64,000 bases of DNA from Alistipes senegalensis (GCA_023664945.1 JAMPER010000001.1:210829-274828); one strand, 5' to 3'; counted from the first letter of the stretch, positions 34,166 to 47,120 are shown. The notes: generated by a model from the sequence alone, not told the origin. Translations and numbers: made by a program.

Positions 34166-34463
34166 TCACACCACAAGAAACCTGGACCGCTCCCTGTCAA
34201 GCCCTCGATCATTATATTTGTCAGTCATAGCCTTGGCTCCTGTGACCAAGCAGAATTTGCGTATTGATGCCTTGTTCACGGTAAAGCCGCTCCGAAAGAG
34301 ATCGACACTCATGCAGCGTGGGTCTGTAACCCGTATCAGAACGGTCAAGCACTCGTACAAATAAATTGCAGAATCTGGCTGTCATATAATTTGCGCAAAA
34401 CGGTTGACCATTCTCCTTTCGCAGGGAAGTTTCTCCCGGTGTGGGACTTGATAACTTGGCCAA
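34166..34463 (-). pseudogene. Lambdoid tyrosine integrase C-terminal fragment, frameshifted
   Basis: PTLHECRSLSERLYREQGINTQILLGHRSQ, then a frameshift to AMTDKYNDRG; matches the lambdoid HxxR...LGH...Y.DDRG motif; no N-terminal domains. Confidence 0.85.
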
Positions 34464-34632
34464 GCATCCTGCTTACAAGAAAATGACAAAGAAATTTTCG
34501 GCGTTTTTTCATTGCGCGCCCGCCATGTTTTTTGGCGATAAGTCCTCTGCCTGACTGAACCACCCTTTACGGGCGGTTTTTTCTTCGCCATCAGGAAACA
34601 GGTTGTAAAGACTGGTGCCAGCGGCTGTTTAT

Positions 34633-35676
34633 TCAGGTACTTGGCGAAACCCGCCTTATCATCTTTTTCACGTCATCCGAGGCGTTTATTTCAAGAAGCT
34701 GAACGTCAGGGTGCGCATTTCTGAATACCCTGAATACTTCGTCAGCAAAGGCCTGCCCGATTTCATCTATCTTGTCAAAATCCAGCACAACGGTTTTGAA
34801 TCCCTCAAATCTGGCGACCAGTCTTTTGGCCTGTGAACGGGAGATCAGGTTTTCTCCGCCAATGCTGGCCAATCTGACGGGAACAATGGTTTTACTGAAG
34901 GTAAATTCCCCTGAAACGGTATATTCATCAAAGACTTCTTTTGTCTTTCTATTGCTGTTGACAGCAATGGACATGAAAACGGCTGTACCCAGGTTATAGG
35001 GAGAGTCAAAGAGGATATCTTTTTCCAGACGGGAATCGTGCTTGAACGTCAAGTCATTGGCATCAATTTCAAATGAATCGAACATCCTGGAGGTGAAGAA
35101 AATGCCTTCTCCCGTGTGCCTGGCAGCATCTGTTGTCAACTTTCCTTTGGAGAGTTCAAGCAATGACAATCTTGGGTCTGGCAGGTTCAGGGCTTCCTGA
35201 ATCTTTTTGAAGATGCCGATTCCATCATCTGCTATGAAAATAGAAAGTCTGCCATGCTTTACTGCCATCATGATATGCACATGGTTGCCGTCTGAATGGT
35301 CATGCGCATTATTGGCAATTTCGGTAAATCCATAGTGGGCAATATTGCGTATATTCTCCGGCAAATCAAAAAAAGGCAGGAAATCCCTTTCCCAGAGAAT
35401 ATCTTCTTCTACCTCCGTTCTTTGATAGGTGCGGATGATCATCCTGTTTGGGCCGAGGGCATAAACAGGGCGGCGGCTGTTGCCCGATGTTGCCAGCCAG
35501 CCGTCGCTGACAAATTGCCTGACCAGCCTGGAAGCAGAAGGCCGGGAAAGGTTGAATTCCCTGGAAAGATCAGAAATCAGGCCGGTTTGCCTTTCATTTG
35601 ACAAATGGTCGGCAATCCATGTCAGTTTCATCATTTCCTGCGCACGAAAATCCCGGGTTGTTTTTTTGTTTGACAT
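34633..35676 (-). CDS. wHTH + GHKL (HATPase_c) + STAS-like (DUF4325-like) protein
   Basis: N-terminal LSREFNLSRPSASRLV HTH; EIANNAHDHS, IADDGIGI, HTGEGIF boxes; C-terminal LISRSQAKR..VVLDF..I..IGQAFADEVF. Confidence 0.85.
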   Translation of the reverse strand: MSNKKTTRDFRAQEMMKLTWIADHLSNERQTGLISDLSREFNLSRPSASRLVRQFVSDGWLATSGNSRRPVYALGPNRMIIRTYQRTEVEEDILWERDFLPFFDLPENIRNIAHYGFTEIANNAHDHSDGNHVHIMMAVKHGRLSIFIADDGIGIFKKIQEALNLPDPRLSLLELSKGKLTTDAARHTGEGIFFTSRMFDSFEIDANDLTFKHDSRLEKDILFDSPYNLGTAVFMSIAVNSNRKTKEVFDEYTVSGEFTFSKTIVPVRLASIGGENLISRSQAKRLVARFEGFKTVVLDFDKIDEIGQAFADEVFRVFRNAHPDVQLLEINASDDVKKMIRRVSPST

Positions 35677-35776
35677 GTTTTTTCCTGATGACAGAGGGTT
35701 TCTGCCGGATTGGGACAGCGGTGTGGCGGCCTGTTTTACAGGCTTACTGCCATAAATTGGTGTGGTAAATGCGCTA

Positions 35777-35830
35777 AATATGTAAATAATATTACATGAA
35801 TATGTAAATATTCTACATGTAAAATGTCAA
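35777..35830 (-). promoter_or_regulatory. Candidate promoter and tandem operators of the wHTH-GHKL gene
   Basis: TTGACA on minus strand (35825-35830); AATATGTAAATA twice with a 22-bp period; ATGTAA-N6-TTACAT palindrome. Confidence 0.55.
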
Positions 35831-35930
35831 TATACCTGCAAGGAGATGAAAAGCAGCTGATTCCCATACAACTTGTATGGGCGGGTTACCCAGGTTTTCC
35901 TGGCGGATATGGCGCACGCTCATTATGCAC

Positions 35931-35952
35931 AAAAGCCGCCCAATGGCGGCTT
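35931..35952 (-). terminator. Probable gyrB terminator
   Basis: 8-bp stem AAGCCGCC/GGCGGCTT ending in a T4 run on the minus strand. Confidence 0.6.
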
Positions 35953-36035
35953 CACTGGCGGCATGTCAGGCAGCTGCGCCTTTTCCGGCAGTTTGAGCCG
36001 GTTTTGCCGGAAAGGGTGCAGCCAACAGACAGGTA

Positions 36036-38537
<2,502 letters not shown>

Positions 38538-38617
38538 TCAAAATGCGGGCCCTTTTCGGGGCCAGGTAAACCGTGGCGGATACGTCCAAAAACGTATCCG
38601 GGCCGCCAGCGCCGGCA

Positions 38618-39724
38618 TTAAATGCGCATCGGCATGACGACATATTTAAAATCCGCGTTATCCGGCACCGTGATTAATGCCGAAGAGTTGGCATCGCCCA
38701 GTTCAACGACGATATTTTCGCTTTTCTGGTTGCCAAGCACATCCAGCAGGTAGGTAACGTTAAAGCCGATATCAATGGCGTCGCCGGTGTAATCAATTTC
38801 CATTTCTTCAATGGCTTCTTCCTGGTCGGTATTGGTCGAGCTGATTTTGAGGCTGCCGGCTTCAACAATACAGCGGATGCCCTTGAATTTGTCGCTGGTC
38901 ATGATGGCAGCCCGCTGGAGGGCGCGCTGGAATTGTTCCCGCGAAATGGTAAAGCGGTTTTTATAGCTTTTGGGGATAACGCGGGTATAGTCCGGGAATT
39001 TGCCTTCCACCAGCTTGGAGATCAGTTCAATGCCGCTGAAAGCAAATTTGATCTGGGCAGGGCTGATGTATATCCGGACCGGGTCTTCCGAATCCGTAAG
39101 GAGGCGTTGCAGCTCAAGGATGGTCTTGCGGGGGATAATGACTTCCCTGTGGCCGTATTCTTCCTGGGTTTCAACCTGGCTGTAGGCCAGCCGGTGACCG
39201 TCTGTTGCCACCGCCAGGAGCGTTTTGCCTTCTGCAATCAGCAGCATGCCGTTTAAGTAGTAACGGATATCCTGCTGCGCCATGGCAAAGTGAACCATGC
39301 CCAAAAGTGCCTTGAGCGCCTTTTGGGGCAGCTCGACGCCGTTTTCATATTCCGGCGATTCCGCAACAACCGGGAAATCTGCCGCATCCAGGGTTTGCAG
39401 GGAAAAACGGGATTTGCCGGACTGGACAGAAAGCTTTTTATCAACGAGCGTCAGCGAAACATCGGCTGAGTCTGGCAGGGCACGCAAAATATCAAGCAAT
39501 TTTCGTGCGGCTACTGTCGTAGCCGTATTTTCTTCTCCTGTCCCGATATCGGCGTTTGTGGTGATCTGGATTTCTGTGTCGGTTGAGAGGAAGGAGAGCG
39601 CCTGCCCTTCCTTCCTGATCAGGATATTGGCCAGGATGGGCAGGGTGTGCCTGCGTTCCACAATGCCGCCGACCGTTTGCAGGGGGCGCAGGAGGTTGTC
39701 TCTGGCGGTTTTTACAAGTTGCAT
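38618..39724 (-). CDS. dnaN: DNA polymerase III beta clamp
   Basis: LPILAN; ATDGHRL; GKFPDY; IGFN..YLLDVL; VVMPMR. Confidence 0.99.
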   Translation of the reverse strand: MQLVKTARDNLLRPLQTVGGIVERRHTLPILANILIRKEGQALSFLSTDTEIQITTNADIGTGEENTATTVAARKLLDILRALPDSADVSLTLVDKKLSVQSGKSRFSLQTLDAADFPVVAESPEYENGVELPQKALKALLGMVHFAMAQQDIRYYLNGMLLIAEGKTLLAVATDGHRLAYSQVETQEEYGHREVIIPRKTILELQRLLTDSEDPVRIYISPAQIKFAFSGIELISKLVEGKFPDYTRVIPKSYKNRFTISREQFQRALQRAAIMTSDKFKGIRCIVEAGSLKISSTNTDQEEAIEEMEIDYTGDAIDIGFNVTYLLDVLGNQKSENIVVELGDANSSALITVPDNADFKYVVMPMRI

Positions 39725-39769
39725 GTTCCGTCCTTAGGGTATGGGGTTAAATGGAGGGGCAGCCGGCTG

Positions 39770-41116
39770 TCAGCCTTTCAGGGTTTCTTCCAGTATGCGC
39801 AGTTCGCGGGCGCATTCCGGATTCGCGGTTTTTTCCTGGGTAATTTTTCTGACAGCGTGCAGCACAGTGGTATGATCCCGCCCACCGAAAAGTTCGCCTA
39901 TTTCCGGCAGGCTTTTCTGGGTCAGTTCCTTTGTCAGGTACATGGCAATCTGGCGGGGGCGGGCGATATTGGCCGGGCGGCGCTTTGAATACATGTCCGC
40001 TACCTTGATACGGTAAAAGTCTGCCACGGTTTTCTGGATGTTTTCAACAGAAATCAGGCGTTTTTCTGCCGCCAGCTTGTCTCTCAGGGCTTCCTTGACC
40101 ACATTGATAGTGACATCCCGGGTATTCTGGAAGCGGGAATAGGCCAGTATGTTCCTTAGGGCGCCTTCCAGTTCGCGGACATTGGAACGGAAGTGTGTCG
40201 CCACAAAAAATGCCGCGTCATCGGCCAGGCAGATCCCTTCCAGGTTGGCCTTTTTCAGGAGAATTGCCACGCGCATTTCCAGTTCGGGCGGTTCAATGGC
40301 AACTGTCAGGCCGGAATTGAAGCGGGAAACCAGCCGGGCTTCCAGGCCGTCAATTTCCTTGGGATAGGTGTCGCTCGTGATGATGATCTGCTTTCTTGCC
40401 GCTGTTAAGGCTTCAAAGGCATAAAAGAATTCTTCCTGGGTGCGGGTTTTTTTCCCGGCCGCAAAAAACTGGATATCGTCAATCAGCAGCATATCCAGGG
40501 AATGGTAATAGCGTTTGAAATCATCCCAGCTGTTGCGCTGGTAGGCTGTTGTCACATTGCGGATATATTGCTCGGCATGGATATAGCGTATCCGGGCGCC
40601 GGGCCTGTCCTGCATGACCTGGTTGCCGATGGCATGGATTAGGTGTGTTTTTCCCAGGCCTACGCCGCCATAGATAAACAGGGGGTTGTAGGAAACGCCC
40701 GGATTGCTGGCAACCTGGATGGCAGCGGCCCGGGCAAGCTGGTTGGCCTTGCCGGTAACAAAACGCTCGAATGTCATGTCCGGGTCAATGCCGTTATCGT
40801 GCTGGGGCGTTTCGGGAACGGCGGCAGGGCGGGTCAGCCGGGCGGCGACAGGGGAAATGGCCTGCTTTTCCGGGGAGGCGGCTGCAATGGAAAATTTGAT
40901 GGCAACCGGCATATCCCAGTATTGGGAAGCCAGGTCGGCAAAACGGGCGGAAAACTCGTTTTTGGCCATATCCATCTTGAAGCGGTTTGGCGCGGCGATA
41001 CGCAATACGCCATTTTCATAGCCCAGCGGCGTCAACGGCTTTATCCACGCCTGATATTGTTGCGGCGGCAATTCCAGTTCCATCTGGTTTAGGCAGCTTT
41101 GCCAGAAATTTCTCAT
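39770..41116 (-). CDS. dnaA: Replication initiator DnaA
   Basis: [11 protein letters not shown]; IDDIQF; [10 protein letters not shown]; [12 protein letters not shown]. Confidence 0.99.
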   Translation of the reverse strand: MRNFWQSCLNQMELELPPQQYQAWIKPLTPLGYENGVLRIAAPNRFKMDMAKNEFSARFADLASQYWDMPVAIKFSIAAASPEKQAISPVAARLTRPAAVPETPQHDNGIDPDMTFERFVTGKANQLARAAAIQVASNPGVSYNPLFIYGGVGLGKTHLIHAIGNQVMQDRPGARIRYIHAEQYIRNVTTAYQRNSWDDFKRYYHSLDMLLIDDIQFFAAGKKTRTQEEFFYAFEALTAARKQIIITSDTYPKEIDGLEARLVSRFNSGLTVAIEPPELEMRVAILLKKANLEGICLADDAAFFVATHFRSNVRELEGALRNILAYSRFQNTRDVTINVVKEALRDKLAAEKRLISVENIQKTVADFYRIKVADMYSKRRPANIARPRQIAMYLTKELTQKSLPEIGELFGGRDHTTVLHAVRKITQEKTANPECARELRILEETLKG

Positions 41117-41219
41117 CGGGTGAATCAGGCAGTCAAAATGCCAGCGCCTTGCGCGGCATGGGAAAAACAGGAAAGGATATATTGAAAAACAGGCGCTATT
41201 TTACCCTGAATCAGGCGAG

Positions 41220-41228
41220 TTATCCACA
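41220..41228 (+). promoter_or_regulatory. DnaA box in the dnaA-rpmH intergenic region
   Basis: Perfect TTATCCACA. Confidence 0.8.
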
Positions 41229-41276
41229 GGTTGGGCAGGATTTTGGCCTGCCGTTTGGGCAAAGCGGCATAGTATA

Positions 41277-41306
41277 TTGACAGGTAAGGGTAAATTACGG
41301 TTTAAT
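41277..41306 (+). promoter_or_regulatory. Candidate sigma70 promoter for rpmH
   Basis: TTGACA-18bp-TTTAAT. Confidence 0.55.
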
Positions 41307-41407
41307 CATTGGTTCTTTGCACGCAAAGCGATGCTGCGCAGGCTTTCGCCGTCAGGGCGGGGGAAGCAGCAACGACCTGTTTATTATTGCCGATTAGCGA
41401 GACCACC

Positions 41408-41542
41408 ATGAAACGTACCTATCAACCTTCAGTCATACGCCGCAAGCGCACCCACGGTTTCCGTGCCCGTATGGCAACGAGAAACGGCCGGGCAGTTATC
41501 AATGCGCGCCGGGCCAAGGGCCGCAAACGTCTGGCTGCCTGA
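41408..41542 (+). CDS. rpmH: 50S ribosomal protein L34
   Basis: MKRTYQPS...RTHGFRARM. Confidence 0.99.
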   Translation: MKRTYQPSVIRRKRTHGFRARMATRNGRAVINARRAKGRKRLAA

Positions 41543-41566
41543 GTCAGGCGATGTCCGGCTTATCGT

Positions 41567-41941
41567 GTGGGCAGCCTTTTTTCACGCGACAGGCGCATCG
41601 TTAAAACGGATGATTTTTCATCCGTTTTTCGTTTGAAGCCGAAGAAAAGAAGCGCGCATTTTATTCTTTATGCGGCGAACCGCGGTTTGCCGTTTGCCCG
41701 TCTCGGGCTGGTTGTTGCCAGGCGTTTGGCGCCCCGGGCGGCAACAAGAAACGCTATCAAGCGGGTTTGCCGGGAAGTGTTCAGGCAAAACGAGATGGAA
41801 GCGATGGATTGTGTGGTGCGCCTTTCTTCGCCGGTTGTTGCCAAAGGCGCGCCGGCATCGGGCAAATCGCTCAAGCGCCTGGTCAGGGCAGAAATAAGGC
41901 AGCTGTTTTCAGCACAGGGGAAAAAAGGAAGAAATCCATGA
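41567..41941 (+). CDS. rnpA: RNase P protein component
   Basis: RLGLVVARR...A.TRNAIKR (RNR-like motif); follows rpmH. Confidence 0.93.
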   Translation: MGSLFSRDRRIVKTDDFSSVFRLKPKKRSAHFILYAANRGLPFARLGLVVARRLAPRAATRNAIKRVCREVFRQNEMEAMDCVVRLSSPVVAKGAPASGKSLKRLVRAEIRQLFSAQGKKGRNP

Positions 41942-42198
41942 AATCGCCGCTGCAATGGTTTCTGCTTTTTGCCTTGCGCTTCTATCAATTGTGCATTAGC
42001 CCTTTTTTGGGGCAAAATTGCCGTTTTTACCCGACATGTTCCCAGTATGCCATTGAGGCTATTACGGTCCACGGTTGTATCAAGGGACTGTTTCTGACCG
42101 TTTGCCGGCTGGGAAAATGCCATCCGTGGCATCCGGGGGGATTTGATCCGGTTCCGCCCGAAAAAGAAAAAAACGCGCCATCCCGGTGCCAACATTAA
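41938..42198 (+). CDS. yidD: Membrane protein insertion efficiency factor
   Basis: CRFYPTCSQYA; CHPWHPGGFDPVP. Confidence 0.96.
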   Translation: MKSPLQWFLLFALRFYQLCISPFLGQNCRFYPTCSQYAIEAITVHGCIKGLFLTVCRLGKCHPWHPGGFDPVPPEKEKNAPSRCQH

Positions 42199-42210
42199 AA
42201 CTGAAGAGTT

Positions 42211-43893
42211 ATGGATACCAAAAAACGCACGACCTTATGGCTGATTTTAGCAATCGCGCTGTTTATGCTCTGGGATAACTGGCGGGTTTACCAGGGCGGC
42301 ACTTCCCTTTTCATGAGGGGGGGCGCCCAGGTTCAGCAGGGTGAAAAAGACAAGAACCTGCCCGAGGTGCCGGTTCAGACGGCGGCGGTTCCCATGGAAG
42401 AGGAGACCGTGCAGGAGGAAGCCCCAAAGGCCAAACTGGCCAAGCCTGCCGAGACGGTGACAGTTGAAACCGATGTGCTGGTGGCGAAGGTCAGCGCAGA
42501 AGGCGGTGTGATTGAAGAGCTGGAGCTTTTGAAGCACCGCGATAATGCGGATGCGGAAAAGCACATGCAGCTTTTCCAGGTAAACGAAAACCTGACTTAT
42601 GTGGCGCAGGCCGGCCTGGCTGGCGGCGCCTTTCCCAACCATACCACGCTGTACACGATTCATCCCGGCAGCCGGACGCTGGACAATGGCGATGAAATCA
42701 GCCTGGTGATGGATGCGGAGCAGGGCGGCGTCCGCCTGACAAAAACCTACACCTTCCACCGTGATGATTACGTGATTGGCGTGAAGCTGGATGTGACGAA
42801 CCTGGGCAAGAAGCCGATTGATCCTTCAGCCTATGTTCAGCTGGTTCGGGACGACAGCAAGCCGGAGGGGCAATCCCGCTGGATCAGCACATTTACGGGG
42901 CCGGCCGTTTATTCGGATGAGGAAAAATTCCAGAAACTGGATTTTGACAAGATAGCCGAAGGCAAGGCCGAGTTTGCCACCCAGGTAAATAACGGCTGGG
43001 TGGGCATGGTTCAGCACTATTTTGTTTCGGCGGTGATTCCGAAGGAAAGCGCTTCCCGGGAGAATTTTGCCCGGAAGGTCGGCGATAAACTGTTTGCTTT
43101 CGGCTCAATTATGCCGGTTGGAACGATTGCGCCGGGCGAGACAGCGACAACAGAGGTTCGCCTGTATGCGGGGCCGCAGGAATCGGCTGTTTTGGAAAGC
43201 ACCGCGCCGGGGCTTGAGCTGGTCAAGGATTATGGCTGGCTGACGATTATTGCCAAGCCGATTTTCTGGCTGATGGTGCAGATTCACAAGGAAGTGAACA
43301 ACTGGGGCTGGACGATTATCCTGCTTACGGTGTTGATCAAGCTGGCCTTTGTGCCGCTTTCGGCAGCGAGCTACCGGAGCATGGCCCGCATGAAACAGCA
43401 CATGCCGAAAATCATGGAGCTGAAGGACCGCTACCAGGATGACCGGGCGCGCCAGAACCAGGTGTTGATGGATTACTATAAAAAGGAAAAAATCAACCCG
43501 ATCGGCGGCTGTTTGCCAACGGTTATCCAGATTCCGGTTTTTATTTCGCTTTACTGGGTGCTTCTGGCCAGTATTGAAATCCGTAACGCGCCCTGGCTGG
43601 GCTGGATTACCGACCTGGCCGCGCCGGATCCGTATTATGTGCTGCCGGTTCTGATGGCCATATCCATGTTCATCCAGCAAAAGATGAGCCCGCCGCCGCC
43701 GGACCGGATGCAGGCCAGGCTGATGATGGCGCTGCCTATTGTATTTTCCGTAACATTCTTTTTCTTCCCGTCCGGGCTGGTGCTGTACTGGGTGGTCAAC
43801 AATATTTTGTCTATCCTGCAACAGTGGTGGGTAACCAGGCGTTATGAAGCCGGCAAGATAAAGGAAAAGGCGGCGGCACAGGGGAAATCCTGA
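42211..43893 (+). CDS. yidC: Membrane protein insertase
   Basis: DYGWL; NWGWTII; INPIGGCLP; DPYYVLP; GLVLYW. Confidence 0.98.
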   Translation: MDTKKRTTLWLILAIALFMLWDNWRVYQGGTSLFMRGGAQVQQGEKDKNLPEVPVQTAAVPMEEETVQEEAPKAKLAKPAETVTVETDVLVAKVSAEGGVIEELELLKHRDNADAEKHMQLFQVNENLTYVAQAGLAGGAFPNHTTLYTIHPGSRTLDNGDEISLVMDAEQGGVRLTKTYTFHRDDYVIGVKLDVTNLGKKPIDPSAYVQLVRDDSKPEGQSRWISTFTGPAVYSDEEKFQKLDFDKIAEGKAEFATQVNNGWVGMVQHYFVSAVIPKESASRENFARKVGDKLFAFGSIMPVGTIAPGETATTEVRLYAGPQESAVLESTAPGLELVKDYGWLTIIAKPIFWLMVQIHKEVNNWGWTIILLTVLIKLAFVPLSAASYRSMARMKQHMPKIMELKDRYQDDRARQNQVLMDYYKKEKINPIGGCLPTVIQIPVFISLYWVLLASIEIRNAPWLGWITDLAAPDPYYVLPVLMAISMFIQQKMSPPPPDRMQARLMMALPIVFSVTFFFFPSGLVLYWVVNNILSILQQWWVTRRYEAGKIKEKAAAQGKS

Positions 43894-43905
43894 TCCGGCG
43901 ACAGA

Positions 43906-43933
43906 AAAAAGGCCCGTTTATATGGGCCTTTTT
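43906..43933. terminator. Terminator after yidC
   Basis: AAAAAGGCCC...GGGCCTTTTT. Confidence 0.75.
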
Positions 43934-43954
43934 GTTTGCAAGAAGAGGGCTGCC

Positions 43955-44671
43955 ATGATCTGGGTGTTTGATCTGGACAATACACTGCATGACGCTTCTT
44001 ATGCCATATTCCCGGCGATTACGGCAAACATGAATGCCTTTATCGCCCAATGGGCAGGATTGCCGGGCAGGCCGCTTTCACCGGAGGCGGCAGACGCACT
44101 GCGGCTGGCATACTGGAAGCGCTATGGCGCAACGCTTTTTGGCATGATTCGCCATCATGGCGTTAAGCCAGAAGTTTTCCTGAAAGCAGCGCATGACCTG
44201 GGCGACCTGCCGCCGCTGATAAAAAGCGAGCGCGGCCTTGCCCGGCTGATGCGGCGGCTGCCCGGCCGGAAAATTCTGCTGACCAATTCGGCTTATGCCT
44301 ATTCCCGCGATGTGCTGGTGCATCTGGGTTTGCACCGGTGTTTTGACCGGCATATCGCCATTGAATCCATGTGGGTGAACGGGCAGATAGCGCCGAAGCC
44401 TTCGCGGCGGTTTTTCCGCAGGCTGGCAGCTTCAGAGCGCGTGCATCCTTCCCGCTGTGTGATGGTGGAAGACAGCGCGGCAACGCTCAAGGCGGCCAGG
44501 GCGGCCGGTATGCGGACGGCGCTGGTTTTGCGCTATACCCGCCGGGATAGATTTTCAGGGCAGGCCGGCTGGCAAAAAAAACGGGAATGGCAGCAAAACC
44601 GGCCTGTTTTTGCCGATATCGCCGTACAATCTGTTCGGGTATTGCCCTTTTATCTGGCAAAATTCAGGTAA
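43955..44671 (+). CDS. HAD-family pyrimidine 5'-nucleotidase-like protein
   Basis: WVFDLDNTL motif I; LTNS; KP; VEDS. Confidence 0.9.
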   Translation: MIWVFDLDNTLHDASYAIFPAITANMNAFIAQWAGLPGRPLSPEAADALRLAYWKRYGATLFGMIRHHGVKPEVFLKAAHDLGDLPPLIKSERGLARLMRRLPGRKILLTNSAYAYSRDVLVHLGLHRCFDRHIAIESMWVNGQIAPKPSRRFFRRLAASERVHPSRCVMVEDSAATLKAARAAGMRTALVLRYTRRDRFSGQAGWQKKREWQQNRPVFADIAVQSVRVLPFYLAKFR

Positions 44672-44696
44672 TTTTTTCCGTTTGGGGATAAAGCCG

Positions 44697-45272
44697 ATGA
44701 CATCAACCAGGACAGGCGAACGTAAATTGCAGATTCTCCAGGCGCTGGCACAGATGCTGGAAGAACCGCGGAGAGAAAAAATCACCACAGCGGCGCTGGC
44801 TGCCCGGCTTTCCCTTTCGGAGGCGGCGCTTTACCGGCATTTTGCCAGCAAGGCGCAGATGTTTGAGGGGTTGATCGAGTTTATTGAAACATCGGTTTTC
44901 AGCCTGGTTAACCGGATTGCCGAACATGAGGAAAGCGGCCTGGCGCAGGTGAGGGCCATCCTCATGATGCTGTTGAATTTTGCAGAGCGCAATCCGGGCA
45001 TGACGCGCGTGTTGACGGGCGAGGCGCTGGTCAACGAGAACGAACGGCTTCAGGAGAGAATGAACCGGTTTTATGACCGGGTGGAGCTGGCGTTGCGCCA
45101 AAGCCTGCGCATAGCGTCAACACAGGGATATGGCACGGAAAAGGAAAGCCGCGTTCGGGCCGCTGTTTTGCTGGCTTTTGTCGCCGGGCGCTGGCAGCGT
45201 TATACCCGAAGCAGTTTCAAAATGAACCTGACGGAAGACTTGCCGGAACAAATTGATTTGCTGTTGCGTTAG
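44697..45272 (+). CDS. slmA: Nucleoid occlusion factor (TetR family)
   Basis: ITTAALAARL.LSEAALYRHFASKAQMFEGLIEFIE. Confidence 0.95.
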   Translation: MTSTRTGERKLQILQALAQMLEEPRREKITTAALAARLSLSEAALYRHFASKAQMFEGLIEFIETSVFSLVNRIAEHEESGLAQVRAILMMLLNFAERNPGMTRVLTGEALVNENERLQERMNRFYDRVELALRQSLRIASTQGYGTEKESRVRAAVLLAFVAGRWQRYTRSSFKMNLTEDLPEQIDLLLR

Positions 45273-45407
45273 CATTTTGATTTGGGACAGGTTTATCCTG
45301 CAAAAGGGCGTATTTGCCGGTATGGGCGCGTATAATGCAGGTCATTGTTCATTCCGTTTGCGGCTCGGGGCGAAAGTTTTTCGGGCCGGTTTTTTGACAG
45401 GAGGCCT

Positions 45408-46058
45408 ATGTCTGGCAGCGTCCCGTTTCGTCCCGCCTTTTCGCTTGGACTGACAGGCGGGATTGGCAGCGGCAAATCCACGGTTGCCCGGCTTTTTGCG
45501 GAAAGGGGTGCTTCTGTCATTGATACGGATGATATTGCCCATAGCCTGACAGCGCCGGGCGGATTGGCCATGCCGGCGATTTGCTCACGGTTCGGCCCGG
45601 AGTTTGTCAGTGAATCCGGCGCGCTGAACCGGGCGGCAATGCGCGAGCTGGTTTTTCGCGAACCGGCGGCAAGGGGAGAGCTGGAGGGGATTCTCCATCC
45701 CATGATCCGGCAGGCGGCTTTTGACAGGGCGGCCCGTTTTGCAGGGAGTTACGTTATTTTCGTGATTCCGCTTTTGACAGAGCAGGCGATCTGGCAGGAT
45801 ATGCCGGACCGCATTTTGTTGGTCGATTGCCCGGAGGCACTGCAAATCAGCCGGGTAATGGTGCGCAGCAAGATGAGCGAGGCGCAGGTAAAGGCCGTTA
45901 TGGCGGCGCAGGCAACGCGGGCTGAACGCCGGGCAATGGCTGACGATGTGATTGTCAACGACGGTGCGCCAGAGGCGCTTGCCGCCGCTGTGGCGCAGCT
46001 GGATGCAAAGTACAGGGAGCTGGCCCGGCAGGCGCGCCTGGCAGGAGAAGGACATTGA
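45408..46058 (+). CDS. coaE: Dephospho-CoA kinase
   Basis: GLTGGIGSGKST; ILHP.I; AGGAGG RBS. Confidence 0.95.
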   Translation: MSGSVPFRPAFSLGLTGGIGSGKSTVARLFAERGASVIDTDDIAHSLTAPGGLAMPAICSRFGPEFVSESGALNRAAMRELVFREPAARGELEGILHPMIRQAAFDRAARFAGSYVIFVIPLLTEQAIWQDMPDRILLVDCPEALQISRVMVRSKMSEAQVKAVMAAQATRAERRAMADDVIVNDGAPEALAAAVAQLDAKYRELARQARLAGEGH

Positions 46059-46126
46059 ATTTTGCCGGTTAATCATTCAGAATGCCAACATATCATGCGG
46101 TGGGGCTATAGGGGAAAGGGTCTGTT

Positions 46127-46876
46127 TTGATAGTTTATGAATATCCTTTCAATGAACGGATACGCACGTTATTGCGCCTGGAGGATTTGCACGAGCGTTT
46201 CCGGTATTTTCTGGCACAGGATCATCCCCTGCAGCACCATGTTGCCTTGTCCGCCATATTTGAAATGCTGGAAGTGGTGGGCCGGGCGGATCTGAAATCG
46301 GATTTGCTTCAGGAACTGGAAAGGCAGAAACAGACGCTGACAAGTTACCGGGTTCACCCGAATGTCCAGACGGAGGTGCTGGATTCGGTGCTTGCCGAGG
46401 TGGAGCAGGTCAGTGCCGAGCTGGCTGCCGCACAGGGCAAGACCGGGCAGGCGATTCGCGATAACGAATGGCTGGACAGCATCCGCAAGCGGACAGTTAT
46501 TCCCGGCGGGGCCTGCGAGTTTGACCTGCCTTCCTATTATGCCTGGCAGCAAAAACCGGCCCAGAAGCGGCGGCAGGATATTGAGGGCTGGGCCGCGCCG
46601 CTGATGCCGGTATTGAATGCAATCAGTGTGGTATTGAGCCTGCTGCGCGATTCAGGTACCCAGGTCACGATTATTGCCCAGGCAGGCAGCTATCAGCAGA
46701 TGTTGCAGGGCAAGACATACCAGATGCTGCGCGTGAAGCTGGACGAAACGCTTGGCGCGATTCCGGAGGCCTCTGCCAACAAATATATGCTGTGGGTGCG
46801 TTTTACCTCGCAGGATGGCGATATGAAACCGCGCCCTATTGATACCGATATTCCTTTTGAGCTGGCCTTGTGCTGA
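46127..46876 (+). CDS. zapD: Cell division protein ZapD
   Basis: [16 protein letters not shown]; [11 protein letters not shown]; TTG start. Confidence 0.96.
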   Translation: MIVYEYPFNERIRTLLRLEDLHERFRYFLAQDHPLQHHVALSAIFEMLEVVGRADLKSDLLQELERQKQTLTSYRVHPNVQTEVLDSVLAEVEQVSAELAAAQGKTGQAIRDNEWLDSIRKRTVIPGGACEFDLPSYYAWQQKPAQKRRQDIEGWAAPLMPVLNAISVVLSLLRDSGTQVTIIAQAGSYQQMLQGKTYQMLRVKLDETLGAIPEASANKYMLWVRFTSQDGDMKPRPIDTDIPFELALC

Positions 46877-46883
46877 TAACATC

Positions 46884-47063
46884 ATGGTAACCCGCGTAAA
46901 ATGCCCGGTTTGCGGCAAGGAAGTGGAATGGGTGGAGCAAAATACCTATCGCCCGTTTTGTTCGCTGCGTTGCAAGCAGATTGACCTGGGCGCCTGGGCG
47001 GAAGGAAAGTATGTGGTGCCGGGGGAGGAACCGGCAGAAGACGGGGAAACGGAAAATCCCTGA
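46884..47063 (+). CDS. yacG: DNA gyrase inhibitor
   Basis: CPVCG...[16 protein letters not shown]. Confidence 0.96.
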   Translation: MVTRVKCPVCGKEVEWVEQNTYRPFCSLRCKQIDLGAWAEGKYVVPGEEPAEDGETENP

Positions 47064-47120
47064 CGGCGTACGCTCTTTTCTTTCGGACGGCTTTTCAGCA
47101 GGGAAAGCCCCCTGCCAGGC

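Noticed and set aside
34552-34583. AACCACCC/GGGCGGTT hairpin with a T tail, and ORF 34382-34591
   Set aside because: The stem has a mismatch on the strand with the T tail, and the ORF lacks similarity to anything I recognise; not supportable.
41117-41407. dnaA-rpmH gap as oriC
   Set aside because: Only one DnaA box, not markedly AT-rich, and no codon-bias switch here; the mnmG-upstream region fits better.
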